Assembly: GCA_030390025.1 (NCBI GenBank)
Contig: CM059432.1
Location: 58,034,001-58,098,000 of the forward strand
Length of the DNA stretch: 64,000 nucleotides
Source: Squalus acanthias
Lineage: Eukaryota
Direction of reading: 5' to 3'
Under the pieces are notes generated by a model. That model saw only the letters and a program-made list of their open reading frames with translations, made no database searches and had not been told where the DNA came from. Shown here piece by piece: positions 63,478 to 64,000 of the stretch; position 1 is the stretch's first letter; every line of letters starts with the position of its first letter. A program made the position numbers and the translations under genes.

Positions 63478-64000
63478 AATGTGCTCACTGAAATCTGCTA
63501 CCTGTTGCAGGCAGATCTGCAGACTCAGAGCAGGGCAAGGACATTATTGCCAGTGGCTGTGAAGGTGAGCGTGGCCATTAATTTTTATGCGTCCGGCTCC
63601 TTCCAGGCTGGAGCAGGCGATATTTCCAACATTTCCCAGTTTGTTCTGCACTGTTGCATAAGGGAGATCACTGACGCTCTGGATGCAAAGAGAGGTGAAT
63701 ACATTTTATTCTCTCTTGCCAGAGAGAAGCAGGCAGAGCAAGCACATGGCTTCATCAGGACAGCAGGCTTCCCCATGGTGCAGGGTGCCATTGACTGCAC
63801 ACACGTCACTTTGCAGGCGCCACATGTGAATTCAGTGATGTAACGCAACCGCAAGGGATTTCACTCCCTCAATGTCCGGCTGGTGTGCGACCATACTCAC
63901 CGCATCATGCAGGTCAATGCTCAGTATCCTAGCAGCAATCCTGATGCCTTCATTCTGTGGCAGTCCGCTGTACCATCGCATTTAAGCCACCATGACAAAC
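63478..64000 (+). pseudogene. Harbinger transposase fragment running off the window
   Basis: LPVAVKVSVAINFYASGSFQ, GFPMVQGAIDCTHV, then a stop followed by [11 protein letters not shown]. Confidence 0.9.

Overview
Eukaryotic, repeat-dominated vertebrate DNA, most likely a cartilaginous fish (inferred from HE1/V-SINE-like, SacSINE1/DeuSINE-like, CR1/HER1-type LINE and Penelope repeat content). I could not identify an intact host protein-coding gene. The window is a nested mosaic of: (i) about ten 5'-truncated CR1 LINE copies; (ii) three near full-length but pseudogenised two-gene PIF/Harbinger DNA transposons (DDE transposase convergent with a spliced Myb/SANT gene); (iii) at least five copies of a non-autonomous Harbinger deletion derivative plus several Harbinger-type MITEs with 3-bp TSDs; (iv) a 1658-bp TG..CA solo-LTR-like insertion with a 4-bp TSD splitting a transposase; (v) a very young Penelope-like (GIY-YIG) insertion forming a ~435-bp inverted repeat with a minimal hammerhead ribozyme motif in each arm; and (vi) ~100-bp TSD-flanked mini-inserts, two of which carry the same hammerhead motif. 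The hammerhead/Penelope mini-element system, the long solo LTR and the four-level nesting are the most notable features. Coordinates were counted by eye and may be off by a few bases.
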